Positions 15,074-23,440 of a DNA stretch of 64,000 nucleotides are shown piece after piece. The notes below the pieces were generated by a model, which was not told the DNA's origin, ran no database searches, and saw only the letters and a list, made by a program, of their open reading frames with translations. Numbering within the stretch: the first letter of the stretch is position 1; each line of letters opens with the position of its first letter. Source of the DNA: a virus; the IMG/VR virus record IMGVR_UViG_3300017917_001030, positions 66,603 to 130,602 of that record, one strand, 5' to 3'. A program made the position numbers and the translations under genes.

Positions 15074-16510
15074 ATGAATACTTTTGTTGAAGCAGTAGCA
15101 AATCAAGAAGCCCGTACCACTAACGGTATGAAGGCTCGTAAGTCCACCGCATCCGCTGTTGTAGATTTGTTCTACAATATTGGTGCATCCCGTGGCAAGA
15201 ATGTTATCCCCGGCTTTACTGCCGCACTTGCAGAGAACCGTGACTTGGCACTTCGTGTTGCAGCATGGGCTCGTGATGTGCGTGGTGGTGCAGGTGAACG
15301 ACAACTCTTCCGTGACATTCTTGTCTACTTGGAAAAGTACGACCCCGAAGCAGCTAAGGCTCTTTTGGCTAAGGTACCTGAGCTGGGTCGTTGGGACGAC
15401 TTGTTCGTCTTTAAGACCAAGGAGCTAAAGGAAGCAGCATACACTATGTTGGGTGACGCATTGCGTGAACGCAACGGTCTGGCTGCTAAGTGGACTCCTC
15501 GTCAAGGCCCTATTGCTTTGGAAATCCGTAAGTTCTTCGGCATGTCGCCTAAGTTCTATCGTAAGTCCTTGGTTAACCTAACTAAGGTCGTTGAACAAGA
15601 TATGTGTGCTAAGAACTGGGATAACATCAACTTCTCTCATGTTCCTTCGGTTGCGGCATCCCGTTACAAGAAGGCATTTAACCGTAACACTGAAAAGTAT
15701 GCAGAATACGTAAAGTCGTTGGTTAAGGGAGATAACCCGGAAGTTAAGGTCAACGCAGGCGCAGTATATCCATATGATGTAGTGAAGGGAATCATCCCTA
15801 ACTCTTATGTCAAAAGCGCTTTTGACAAGACAGAGCTTGACCTAATTGAAAAGCAATGGGAAGCTCTTCCTAATTACGTAGGCGATGCTAACATTCTTCC
15901 TTTGGTTGACGTTAGCGGGTCGATGTCTTGTCCTGTTGGTGGCTATGGTTCTAAGAATAAGATGTCCTGTATGGATGTTGCTGTTTCGTTGGGACTTTAC
16001 CTTGCGGACAAGAACAAGGGCAAGTTCAAGGATACTTTCTTGACATTTAGCTCTTCGCCAGAACTACTTACTCTAAAGGGTAATATTGTTCAAAAGGTTA
16101 CACAAATGGTTGCTTCTAAGTGGGGAATGTCCACCAACCTACACGCAGCATTTTCAAAGATTCTGTCTGTAGCGAAGAAAGGTAATGTTCCGCAAGAAGA
16201 AATGCCAGATATGGTATTGATCTTGTCCGACATGCAATTCAATGCTTGCATTGAGCATGACGACAGTGCAATCAAAATGATTGCTCGTAAGTACGAAGAA
16301 GCAGGCTACACCATGCCTAAGGTTGTATTCTGGAACTTGAATGCTGCATATGGTAACACACCAGTGAAGTTTGACAAGTCTGGTACTGCTTTGGTATCTG
16401 GTTTTAGCCCATCTATTGTTAAGCCTTTGTTGGCAGGCAACCTTGAAACTTTCACCCCAGAAAGTGTCATGTTGCAGACCATCATGCAAGACCGTTACGC
16501 GGTATTGTAA
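15074..16510 (+). CDS. DUF2828-like / TROVE(Ro60)-like helical-repeat plus vWA protein
   Basis: RDVRGGAGER, GRWDDL and AKWTPR motifs; C-terminal vWA with MIDAS DVSGSM, STNL and ILSDMQF, plus VFWNL; alternative GTG start at 15062. Confidence 0.8.
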   Translation: MNTFVEAVANQEARTTNGMKARKSTASAVVDLFYNIGASRGKNVIPGFTAALAENRDLALRVAAWARDVRGGAGERQLFRDILVYLEKYDPEAAKALLAKVPELGRWDDLFVFKTKELKEAAYTMLGDALRERNGLAAKWTPRQGPIALEIRKFFGMSPKFYRKSLVNLTKVVEQDMCAKNWDNINFSHVPSVAASRYKKAFNRNTEKYAEYVKSLVKGDNPEVKVNAGAVYPYDVVKGIIPNSYVKSAFDKTELDLIEKQWEALPNYVGDANILPLVDVSGSMSCPVGGYGSKNKMSCMDVAVSLGLYLADKNKGKFKDTFLTFSSSPELLTLKGNIVQKVTQMVASKWGMSTNLHAAFSKILSVAKKGNVPQEEMPDMVLILSDMQFNACIEHDDSAIKMIARKYEEAGYTMPKVVFWNLNAAYGNTPVKFDKSGTALVSGFSPSIVKPLLAGNLETFTPESVMLQTIMQDRYAVL

Positions 16511-16635
16511 GTGCTCAATTCTGACAGCACGTTAAACACGGTCAGACGTCGATCTTAAATGACTGCGCCGGCACTACGCAAGGTGTCTCCGTACTCGGTA
16601 AGCGGAACTAATTTCAATTTTGGTTAACCTATTGG

Positions 16636-16664
16636 TTGACGAAAATTTGCCAAGGCTATATAAT
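16636..16664 (+). promoter_or_regulatory. Sigma70 promoter
   Basis: TTGACG-N17-TATAAT. Confidence 0.85.
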
Positions 16665-16675
16665 AAGTGTTTTAT

Positions 16676-16758
16676 GCGGGTGTGGTGAAATAGGTAGACA
16701 CAGGAGACTTAAAATCTCCCGCTTCGGCGTGCTGGTTCGAGTCCGGTCACCCGTACCA
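16676..16758 (+). tRNA. tRNA-Leu(TAA)
   Basis: Long variable arm; loop CTTAAAA; CCA. Confidence 0.95.
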
Positions 16759-16771
16759 TTATTCTAAAACT

Positions 16772-17236
16772 ATGAAAGATAATATGTCACTAACTTTACA
16801 AAATATTGAAAGTGCTTTGGCGGGTGAGTCTATGGCTCATATCAAGTATCGTTACTTTGCCAAAATTGCACGTGAGGAAGGCTTCGAAGAAGTCGCAAAA
16901 CATTTTGAACATACTGCAGATCAAGAAATTCTTCATGCTTGGGGTCACCTTGAGCTGTTGATTGGTAAGCCTAATACCAAAGAATGCCTTGAAAAAGCTA
17001 TTGCAGGTGAGACTTATGAGTATACTGAAATGTATCCTAAGTTCGAGCATCAGGCAAAAGCAGAATCTAATATCGAAGCAGTTAAAGAGTTCAACGAACA
17101 AGGTCGTGAATCCTTGCAGCATGCTCAAGAATTTAAAGCAGTATTGGCAAAAGCAGAAAAGCGCTTTGCTGCTCTTAAGGGTGTCGAGAAGCGTCATGCT
17201 GAAGCATACCAAAAAGTTCTTGGAGGTCTAGCATGA
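16772..17236 (+). CDS. rbr: Rubrerythrin (ferritin-like diiron protein)
   Basis: ALAGESMA, AREEG, E-x-x-HA, AIAGETYEYTEMYP and EKRHA motifs; start could instead be ATG 16784. Confidence 0.9.
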   Translation: MKDNMSLTLQNIESALAGESMAHIKYRYFAKIAREEGFEEVAKHFEHTADQEILHAWGHLELLIGKPNTKECLEKAIAGETYEYTEMYPKFEHQAKAESNIEAVKEFNEQGRESLQHAQEFKAVLAKAEKRFAALKGVEKRHAEAYQKVLGGLA

Positions 17237-17388
17237 GCGATAATCAATACGAATACAAGCATGTCTGTCCTGTTTGTGACTATGTTCATGAGGACAATGA
17301 AACTACTCCATTCGATCAAATGCCTGCTGATTATGTTTGCCCAGCATGCGGTGTCGAAAAAGATTGGTTTGATAAACGAGTTGCATGA
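17233..17388 (+). CDS. Rubredoxin, 51 aa (not in the ORF track)
   Basis: MSDNQYEYKHVCPVCDYVH...MPADYVCPACGVEKDWF has two CxxC motifs; ATGA overlaps at both ends. Confidence 0.88.
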   Translation: MSDNQYEYKHVCPVCDYVHEDNETTPFDQMPADYVCPACGVEKDWFDKRVA

Positions 17389-17780
17389 TTGATTGTCTAG
17401 TCATCGGTGATTCTATTGCCGTAGGTGTTCAGCAGTTTAGGCAAGAGTGTGCGATCTATGCTAAGGTAGGTATTAATAGCAGAGATTGGAACAACAAGTT
17501 TATCGGCAAAGACCTACGTGCAAATACAGTTATTATTAGCCTGGGGTCTAACGACTCCGGCAATATTAAGACTGCTGCAGAGCTAAACGAACTAAGACAA
17601 TCGGTAACATCCAAAAAAGTAGTTTGGATTTTGCCTTCTAATAATAGTGACAAACGAGACATCGTAAAATTCATAGCAGAAAAATACGGTGATATTGTGT
17701 TGGGTGTAAATCAACTATCCAAAGACGGTGTGCATCCAACAGTCGCTGGTTATAAAGAATTAGCAAATAATACAAAATAG
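17385..17780 (+). CDS. SGNH/GDSL hydrolase-like protein
   Basis: IGDSIA, SLGSND and DGVHP blocks. Confidence 0.85.
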   Translation: MIDCLVIGDSIAVGVQQFRQECAIYAKVGINSRDWNNKFIGKDLRANTVIISLGSNDSGNIKTAAELNELRQSVTSKKVVWILPSNNSDKRDIVKFIAEKYGDIVLGVNQLSKDGVHPTVAGYKELANNTK

Positions 17781-17785
17781 TTTTT

Positions 17786-17862
17786 GCGCCTGTAGCTCAG
17801 TTGGTTAGAGCAGTGGACTCATAATCCATTGGTCGCGGGTTCAAGTCCCTCCGGGCGCACCA
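17786..17862 (+). tRNA. tRNA with CAT anticodon (Ile2-like or Met)
   Basis: Cloverleaf; loop CTCATAA; CCA. Confidence 0.92.
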
Positions 17863-17877
17863 TTTAACGAGGTAATT

Positions 17878-18087
17878 ATGTCCAATCAAGTAACATCAGA
17901 AGATGCAGTCAACCAAGTAGGCAATCGTTACGATCTTGTTTTGATCGCAGCACGCCGAACACGTGAATTGAAGCGTGGGCATAAGCCATTGATTGATTCA
18001 AAGCATAAGCCAGCAGTAACGGCTCTAAATGAAATTGAACAAGGTAAAATTGGCAGAGATTACCTGTTAAAATTGAGAAAACGGTAA
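17878..18087 (+). CDS. rpoZ: RNA polymerase omega subunit homolog
   Basis: VTSEDAV..VGNRYDLVLIAARR...HKPAVTALNEI.QGKIG matches the RpoZ pattern; GAGGT ribosome-binding site. Confidence 0.9.
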   Translation: MSNQVTSEDAVNQVGNRYDLVLIAARRTRELKRGHKPLIDSKHKPAVTALNEIEQGKIGRDYLLKLRKR

Positions 18088-18185
18088 ACTAAGCTATTTA
18101 GCTTTATCGTCATCTATATTATAATAAGCATGTGGTGAGTTAGCCGCAATCGTTATTTTTTTTTTTATTTTAATGGAGATTTACA

Positions 18186-18437
18186 ATGGTTAAAAATCGT
18201 GTTTTGAAAGTTCTTGAGTCTGGTCGTCAATTTACACCCGCTCAATTGGCAGGTCTTACCGGTGCATCTGAGGACAGCATTCGTCCTCGTATTAGCGAAC
18301 TTCGCGCCGAAGGTCACGCAATCTATACTAACACTACAAAGAATGGTAAGGTTGCATATCGTCTAGGTACTCCTAGCCGTCGCATGGTTGCCGCAGCTTA
18401 CGCAAGCATGGGCAGCGACGCTTTCACTCGTATGTGA
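18186..18437 (+). CDS. Winged helix-turn-helix protein
   Basis: FTPAQLAGLTGASEDSIRPRISELRAEG...YRLG. Confidence 0.7.
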   Translation: MVKNRVLKVLESGRQFTPAQLAGLTGASEDSIRPRISELRAEGHAIYTNTTKNGKVAYRLGTPSRRMVAAAYASMGSDAFTRM

Positions 18438-18523
18438 TCTAAGTAACCGAGCACCTTGCCCGTTTGAGCTTCATTCAATAAAGTGCTTCCGTATGGCGTA
18501 AGCGGAATTTATTAGAGTATATC

Positions 18524-18814
18524 ATGCCACTATATCTTGTTGAAACAATTACTACATTCAAACATCAATATATCATTGACTGTAAAGAAGCATCTCATGC
18601 CGAAGATACAGTTGTTTGTAATGAGGCAACAGAACTAGATCAAAAATATCTAGGTGAAACGATTGTAACTACTAGAGAAATTACTACGAATGAGTTTTAC
18701 TCCATGCTTCCAACAAGCATGAATGGTCATCTAAAGGATAAAATTATCCATCAAGTTCAGTATCAGGCTGAGCGCCCAGACTACTCAAGTAATATCGAAG
18801 GGCTTGGTATTTAA
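18524..18814 (+). CDS. Hypothetical protein
   Basis: ORF with plausible phage codon usage. Confidence 0.7.
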   Translation: MPLYLVETITTFKHQYIIDCKEASHAEDTVVCNEATELDQKYLGETIVTTREITTNEFYSMLPTSMNGHLKDKIIHQVQYQAERPDYSSNIEGLGI

Positions 18815-19375
18815 ATGTATAACTTCGAAGACGAAGCTGTTAGAAAAAAAGCTAAATCGCTTTGGTATATTCGCAAAGGAAACCCTGCACTTCTAAGTAA
18901 AGAAGATGCGGAGTTCGTTGAAGCATTTTGCAGTTGGGACTATCAACGCAGGAAGAAAAAGATTGACCCCAACAAGCTAGCAGAAGTCCAAAAGAAAAAC
19001 AGAGAAGCGTATCGTAAAAAGAAAGCGCAACCTGAAAATTTTGGCAAGCTAGAATATACTGCTCTTAAATCGAGAGTTAATTCCAAGAAAAAAGAAGGTC
19101 GTGTTCTAGGGTTTGATCTGACTCCAGAATACATTCAAAAGGTCTTCGATTCTTGTCAGGGCAAATGTGCTATAACCGGGCTTCCTTTTAGCATGGAACT
19201 TGGGACTAAAAAGAAACGAAATCCTTTTAGACCCAGCGTAGATCGAATTAATTCGAGAAAAGGGTATGTCAAAGGCAATATCCAGATTGTTCTCACTATC
19301 GTGAATACAATGAAAATGGATTACACCGACGATATACTGCATCCAGTTATACGGGCTTGGTCCTCTAATATCTAA
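18815..19375 (+). CDS. Putative HNH-like endonuclease
   Basis: GKCAITG...PSVDRINSRKGYVKGNIQIV...NTMK (beta-beta-alpha-metal-like pattern). Confidence 0.65.
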   Translation: MYNFEDEAVRKKAKSLWYIRKGNPALLSKEDAEFVEAFCSWDYQRRKKKIDPNKLAEVQKKNREAYRKKKAQPENFGKLEYTALKSRVNSKKKEGRVLGFDLTPEYIQKVFDSCQGKCAITGLPFSMELGTKKKRNPFRPSVDRINSRKGYVKGNIQIVLTIVNTMKMDYTDDILHPVIRAWSSNI

Positions 19376-19377
19376 AA

Positions 19378-19403
19378 AAAACCGGCGAGCAATCGCCGGT
19401 TTT
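19378..19403 (+). terminator. Rho-independent terminator, possibly bidirectional
   Basis: AAAACCGGCGA-GCAA-TCGCCGGTTTT. Confidence 0.85.
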
Positions 19404-19430
19404 CTACGTGTTTCTCGGATTACTATGCCT

Positions 19431-19438
19431 TATAAATA
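19431..19438 (+). promoter_or_regulatory. T4-type late promoter TATAAATA
   Basis: Exact consensus upstream of ORF 19470. Confidence 0.8.
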
Positions 19439-19469
19439 ATATAAGAACATAGACTTTAATGGGAATACA

Positions 19470-20498
19470 ATGATCTCTCTAAAAGACCTACGCCTAAATT
19501 TTGACGTCTTAAACGAAGCTGCAAGGGAAACAGGCGCAGCATCCGACGCAGAAGGCAAATTACACGAACTATTAACAGGCTACCATTTCAATAAGGGTAA
19601 GCATGTTGAATCCTATCGTGAAGAAGGCAAAACACCGCAAGAAGTGCACGATAATCTAAAGGCTGCTGTTTCTCCAGAAACTTATGAACGTATTAATAAG
19701 CATGCGGAAGAAATGGCATATAACCTACACCATCATCTAAGACAAGAAGGTTTTAGGGGCAAGGTCAGCAAAGTAGCTTGGACTTCACAAACTAAAGACG
19801 TTGAGCACTTTACCGGCAAACCTGATCCGAACAATGAGTCGGATATTATGGTTGAACTAAAGCACGGCGCAAGTTCAAATAAACCAAATGGTACAGTTGA
19901 ACACCTAGGCTTTAGTATGAAGTATGCTAATAATGCACCTACACTAAAGAATAAAACACCCAAGACAATGGGTGAAACTTATGGTATCGACCATAAGAAA
20001 CTAATGCAACATCACGAACAGCATATGGAAAGTGTTCGTAAACAATTAGGTGTTGAGAAGTCTTCTTCTGGTGCTGAAATGCACTCCAAATATAAAGAGC
20101 TCAGAGGAACTGCTAAAGGCGATAGTATCGAAAGAACATCCCATGCCTCAAGAGTAGCAATGATTGGCGAATTACATAAACACCTAAGTAATATGTCACC
20201 TGAAGAATTGCACAAGCATATTCTAAACCATATTGCAGGCGAGACTAATTCAAGAGTGTTAATGGCAAGTACCACATCAACAGGTCAACACCATATTATT
20301 GATACCAGAGAACATTATAATAAGATTCTAAAAGAGCACGCAAAACATCTTGCAGTTAAAAAGGGTGAAGGTACGACCTTGTCTATTACAGGCAAAGGCG
20401 GAAAACCACTGTTAAATATACAGGCAGTTAATAAAGGCCGTCCAACAAAGACACCAGAATTTATTGCTAAGCCTGGTGCATCATTAATGGGTAAATAA
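19470..20498 (+). CDS. His-rich hypothetical protein, possible PD-(D/E)xK nuclease fold
   Basis: GKLHE...SDIMV...GFSMKY spacing resembles a restriction-endonuclease-like active site. Confidence 0.5.
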   Translation: MISLKDLRLNFDVLNEAARETGAASDAEGKLHELLTGYHFNKGKHVESYREEGKTPQEVHDNLKAAVSPETYERINKHAEEMAYNLHHHLRQEGFRGKVSKVAWTSQTKDVEHFTGKPDPNNESDIMVELKHGASSNKPNGTVEHLGFSMKYANNAPTLKNKTPKTMGETYGIDHKKLMQHHEQHMESVRKQLGVEKSSSGAEMHSKYKELRGTAKGDSIERTSHASRVAMIGELHKHLSNMSPEELHKHILNHIAGETNSRVLMASTTSTGQHHIIDTREHYNKILKEHAKHLAVKKGEGTTLSITGKGGKPLLNIQAVNKGRPTKTPEFIAKPGASLMGK

Positions 20499-21691
20499 TG
20501 TTATCATTCAATAATTTTTTAGTTGAAGCTGCGAGCGAAGACAAACTAAAACACCTAGAGCATTTAGAAGACCATGTTATAAATGCAGGAGCAGATGGTT
20601 TTGCTCATGCTGTTCATAATTTGGAAGACGTTCATGGTAAACTAAAAGGTGGTAAGAATAACACCACTGTAATGACCAAGTATGATGGTTCACCATCTAT
20701 TGTCTTTGGTCATAATCCAGAGAACGGCAAATTCTTTGTTGCATCTAAATCTATTTTCAATAAGAATCCTAAATTAAACTACGATGAAAATGATGTAGAT
20801 GCCAACCATGGACATGCTCCTGGTCTGGCGCAAAAGTTGAAAGCAGCTTTGCAACATCTACCTAAAGTTACACCGAAGGAAGGTGTATATCAGGGTGATC
20901 TAATGCACTCAGGTGTTAAGAATAGTGACAATCCATATGGTGATATAGAAGAAAAAGGTGGTAAGTATCACTTCAAGCCAAACACCATTACCTATTCTAC
21001 AGATAAGAATTCTAAAGAAGGTCTTGCTGCAGGTAAATCTAAGTTAGGTGTTGTTGTCCATACCGCGTATAAAGGTAAGACAATTGAAAGTATGAAGGCT
21101 GATTATACACCTGATGTATCACACTTTACCCAACATCCAGACGTACATCTAATCAATAACAGAGAAGACGTACACTCTGCAAAATTAACACCGGAGCAAG
21201 AAACTAAATTTAAGCGTCATCTAAACGCAGCTAAGAAGGCATTTGCCGAAGCACCGATGACTGCTTTACATGCTATATCAGGTCACGAAGAACATCTAAA
21301 GAACTATGTGAACTCCACTGTTAGAGATCAGACAAGACCTACAGTAAACGGCTATATAAAACATCTTGAGAGTAAACATAGAGCAGCAATATCCAAGCTA
21401 AAGTCGGATAAAGCTATTGCCGAAAAGACAGCATCTATGCACAACGAGTTAGCTACCGCTAATCGTAAGAGAGATCATTTTGAGCACGTACTTAAGATGC
21501 ACTATCAATTACAACGTGCTAAGGATGAATTAACACACGCCTTGTCGTCTGCTAAGTTCCCATTCGAGCATTACATAAACGACAAGAAAGTTAAGCCAGA
21601 GGGATTTGTTGTTGTTCGTAATAACAGACCATCTAAATTTGTTGATAGAGATGAATTTAGTCGTGAGAACTTTGCTGCAAGACCAAGATAA
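20498..21691 (+). CDS. Conserved T4-like phage protein (DUF6267-like) with ligase/nucleotidyltransferase-like motifs
   Basis: HLEHLED, TKYDGSP, YQGDLM, EGFVV and KFVDRDEFS. Confidence 0.7.
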   Translation: MLSFNNFLVEAASEDKLKHLEHLEDHVINAGADGFAHAVHNLEDVHGKLKGGKNNTTVMTKYDGSPSIVFGHNPENGKFFVASKSIFNKNPKLNYDENDVDANHGHAPGLAQKLKAALQHLPKVTPKEGVYQGDLMHSGVKNSDNPYGDIEEKGGKYHFKPNTITYSTDKNSKEGLAAGKSKLGVVVHTAYKGKTIESMKADYTPDVSHFTQHPDVHLINNREDVHSAKLTPEQETKFKRHLNAAKKAFAEAPMTALHAISGHEEHLKNYVNSTVRDQTRPTVNGYIKHLESKHRAAISKLKSDKAIAEKTASMHNELATANRKRDHFEHVLKMHYQLQRAKDELTHALSSAKFPFEHYINDKKVKPEGFVVVRNNRPSKFVDRDEFSRENFAARPR

Positions 21692-21742
21692 TATATTACT
21701 ATCACCCAGGCTCATAGAGTATGCTAACACCGTGTCAATAAG

Positions 21743-23392
21743 ATGTCTATAAAAAGTATTAAAGAAAAAGAACTTTTGGTTAACTTTGCTAAATCGTTAG
21801 GGCAAGAGATTGACCCACGTATGGTTGAAGAAGTCGAGCGGTTGAACAAGATCAAGGCGCAGATACAAGAATCGGTTAAAGATAATGTTTTTATTGATCT
21901 ATCTAATGCTATAAAGCAACAGTCGCAACCTGTTTTGGTTGAAAGTAATTATCCGGTGCCTCCATCGCTGGATGACCTAATGAATCTAATGGAGGAAAAG
22001 GAGACGGAGAATGAGTTGGTTCAAGCACAAACCACCGAAGAACCCACCCTTACCGAAGAAACCAAAACCGATACCCCCGCCGATAAGCCAGCAACCCTTG
22101 CAGAAGTAACAGCAAAATTTATTTCGGAAGCACCTAAAGATAGTTTCCAACAACCCGATCCACTACCTGTACCAGGTAATTTGGCTGAGATACAAAAGAA
22201 GTTAAAGTTTCTTGAGCAATGGATCGGTAAAGTATCAATGGCTGGGCCTGGCTCTGGCGAAACAAGATTTAGATTTTTGGATGATATTAGACGTGAGACT
22301 ATAGATGATACTCACAAGGTATTAAGATATTATCCTTCTCAGAATCCTGCATATAGTAAGTTTGGTTTTGGTTTCTTAAGTGGAGATCAGGGCCCTATCT
22401 ATTCTATGCGTTATGACACGAATGGTTATACCAGTAACGCAAACGTAACCGCTGGTCTAACTGCTTGGAATAAAACAAAAGATTGTTTGGACATTTATCA
22501 GGCTGACGGTTCAGTTCTACAGACGGGCCTTGAAAACTATATTCGAGTATATAACACATCAGCCAATACAATAAACCAAGGTACATTTGTTCAATTTGGT
22601 GGAGTATATACTGATAATGAGGAAACACCTATTGCCGTTCCCTTTGTCAATGATGCCAATGCTGTTCCTTTATATAGCATAGGTGTTGTAACAACCACTA
22701 TAGGATCAAATGCTGCAGGCAGAGCTACGGTGCTAGGAGAGGTTCATGGTATAGATACTTCGGGTAATGTTTCTGGCGAATCGTGGAACGTGGGCGATTT
22801 ACTTTGGGCTAAACCTGGTGCGCCGGGCAAATTAACAAAGGTCAAACCTACTGCACCGAATGTGGTTGTTTCCGTCGCTGCAGTGTTGAAAAAAGACTCT
22901 ACGGATGGTACTTTATTAGTCCGTCCTACAATATGGCCCAGATTATATTACGCTAGTTTTTCTGATACAACAGATCAATATGCAGCAAACGTAAATACTG
23001 CATATGCTATAACATACAATACTGTAGATATTGCTAGTGGATTTGAAATAGGTACACCGAGATCTAGAGTGTATGCAAGAAATTCTGGTTTATATAACTT
23101 CCAGTTTTCTGCTCAGTATGTATCCACAAACTCCAGCGCTAAAGATGTGTATATTTGGATAAGAAAAAACGGCCAAGATATACCTAATAGTGCATCGAGA
23201 AAATCTATAACAGGTAACGGTGTTTATGATGTTCTAGCTTGGAACTTTATTGTCAGTATGAATGCTAATGATTATTTTGAATTAATGTGGGCGGCGAATG
23301 ACACCACAATTAGGCTTGCAGCACCCGGAGCAACCTCTTTTTGCCCTGCGATTCCTTCAGTGATTCTAACGGTTACCGAAGTAGCTCTATAA
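21743..23392 (+). CDS. Hypothetical, probably structural protein, 549 aa
   Basis: Acidic linker then beta-rich C-terminal domains (GLYNFQFSAQ...IWIRKNG...DYFELMW, C1q/BclA-like pattern). Confidence 0.6.
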   Translation: MSIKSIKEKELLVNFAKSLGQEIDPRMVEEVERLNKIKAQIQESVKDNVFIDLSNAIKQQSQPVLVESNYPVPPSLDDLMNLMEEKETENELVQAQTTEEPTLTEETKTDTPADKPATLAEVTAKFISEAPKDSFQQPDPLPVPGNLAEIQKKLKFLEQWIGKVSMAGPGSGETRFRFLDDIRRETIDDTHKVLRYYPSQNPAYSKFGFGFLSGDQGPIYSMRYDTNGYTSNANVTAGLTAWNKTKDCLDIYQADGSVLQTGLENYIRVYNTSANTINQGTFVQFGGVYTDNEETPIAVPFVNDANAVPLYSIGVVTTTIGSNAAGRATVLGEVHGIDTSGNVSGESWNVGDLLWAKPGAPGKLTKVKPTAPNVVVSVAAVLKKDSTDGTLLVRPTIWPRLYYASFSDTTDQYAANVNTAYAITYNTVDIASGFEIGTPRSRVYARNSGLYNFQFSAQYVSTNSSAKDVYIWIRKNGQDIPNSASRKSITGNGVYDVLAWNFIVSMNANDYFELMWAANDTTIRLAAPGATSFCPAIPSVILTVTEVAL

Positions 23393-23401
23393 TTCAAAAA
23401 T

Positions 23402-23409
23402 TATAAATA
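23402..23409 (+). promoter_or_regulatory. T4-type late promoter TATAAATA
   Basis: Exact consensus upstream of ORF 23441. Confidence 0.8.
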
Positions 23410-23440
23410 ATAAGTCTAAACTATATTCTAATGGAAAACA

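Noticed and set aside
18153-18171. Poly-T tract as a terminator or phase-variation site
   Set aside because: It is intergenic with no strong adjacent hairpin, and is more likely a U-rich translational enhancer before the GGAG ribosome-binding site
18815-19375. Intron-encoded homing endonuclease or self-splicing intron
   Set aside because: The ORF is free-standing between intact genes and no interrupted host gene or group I core was recognised
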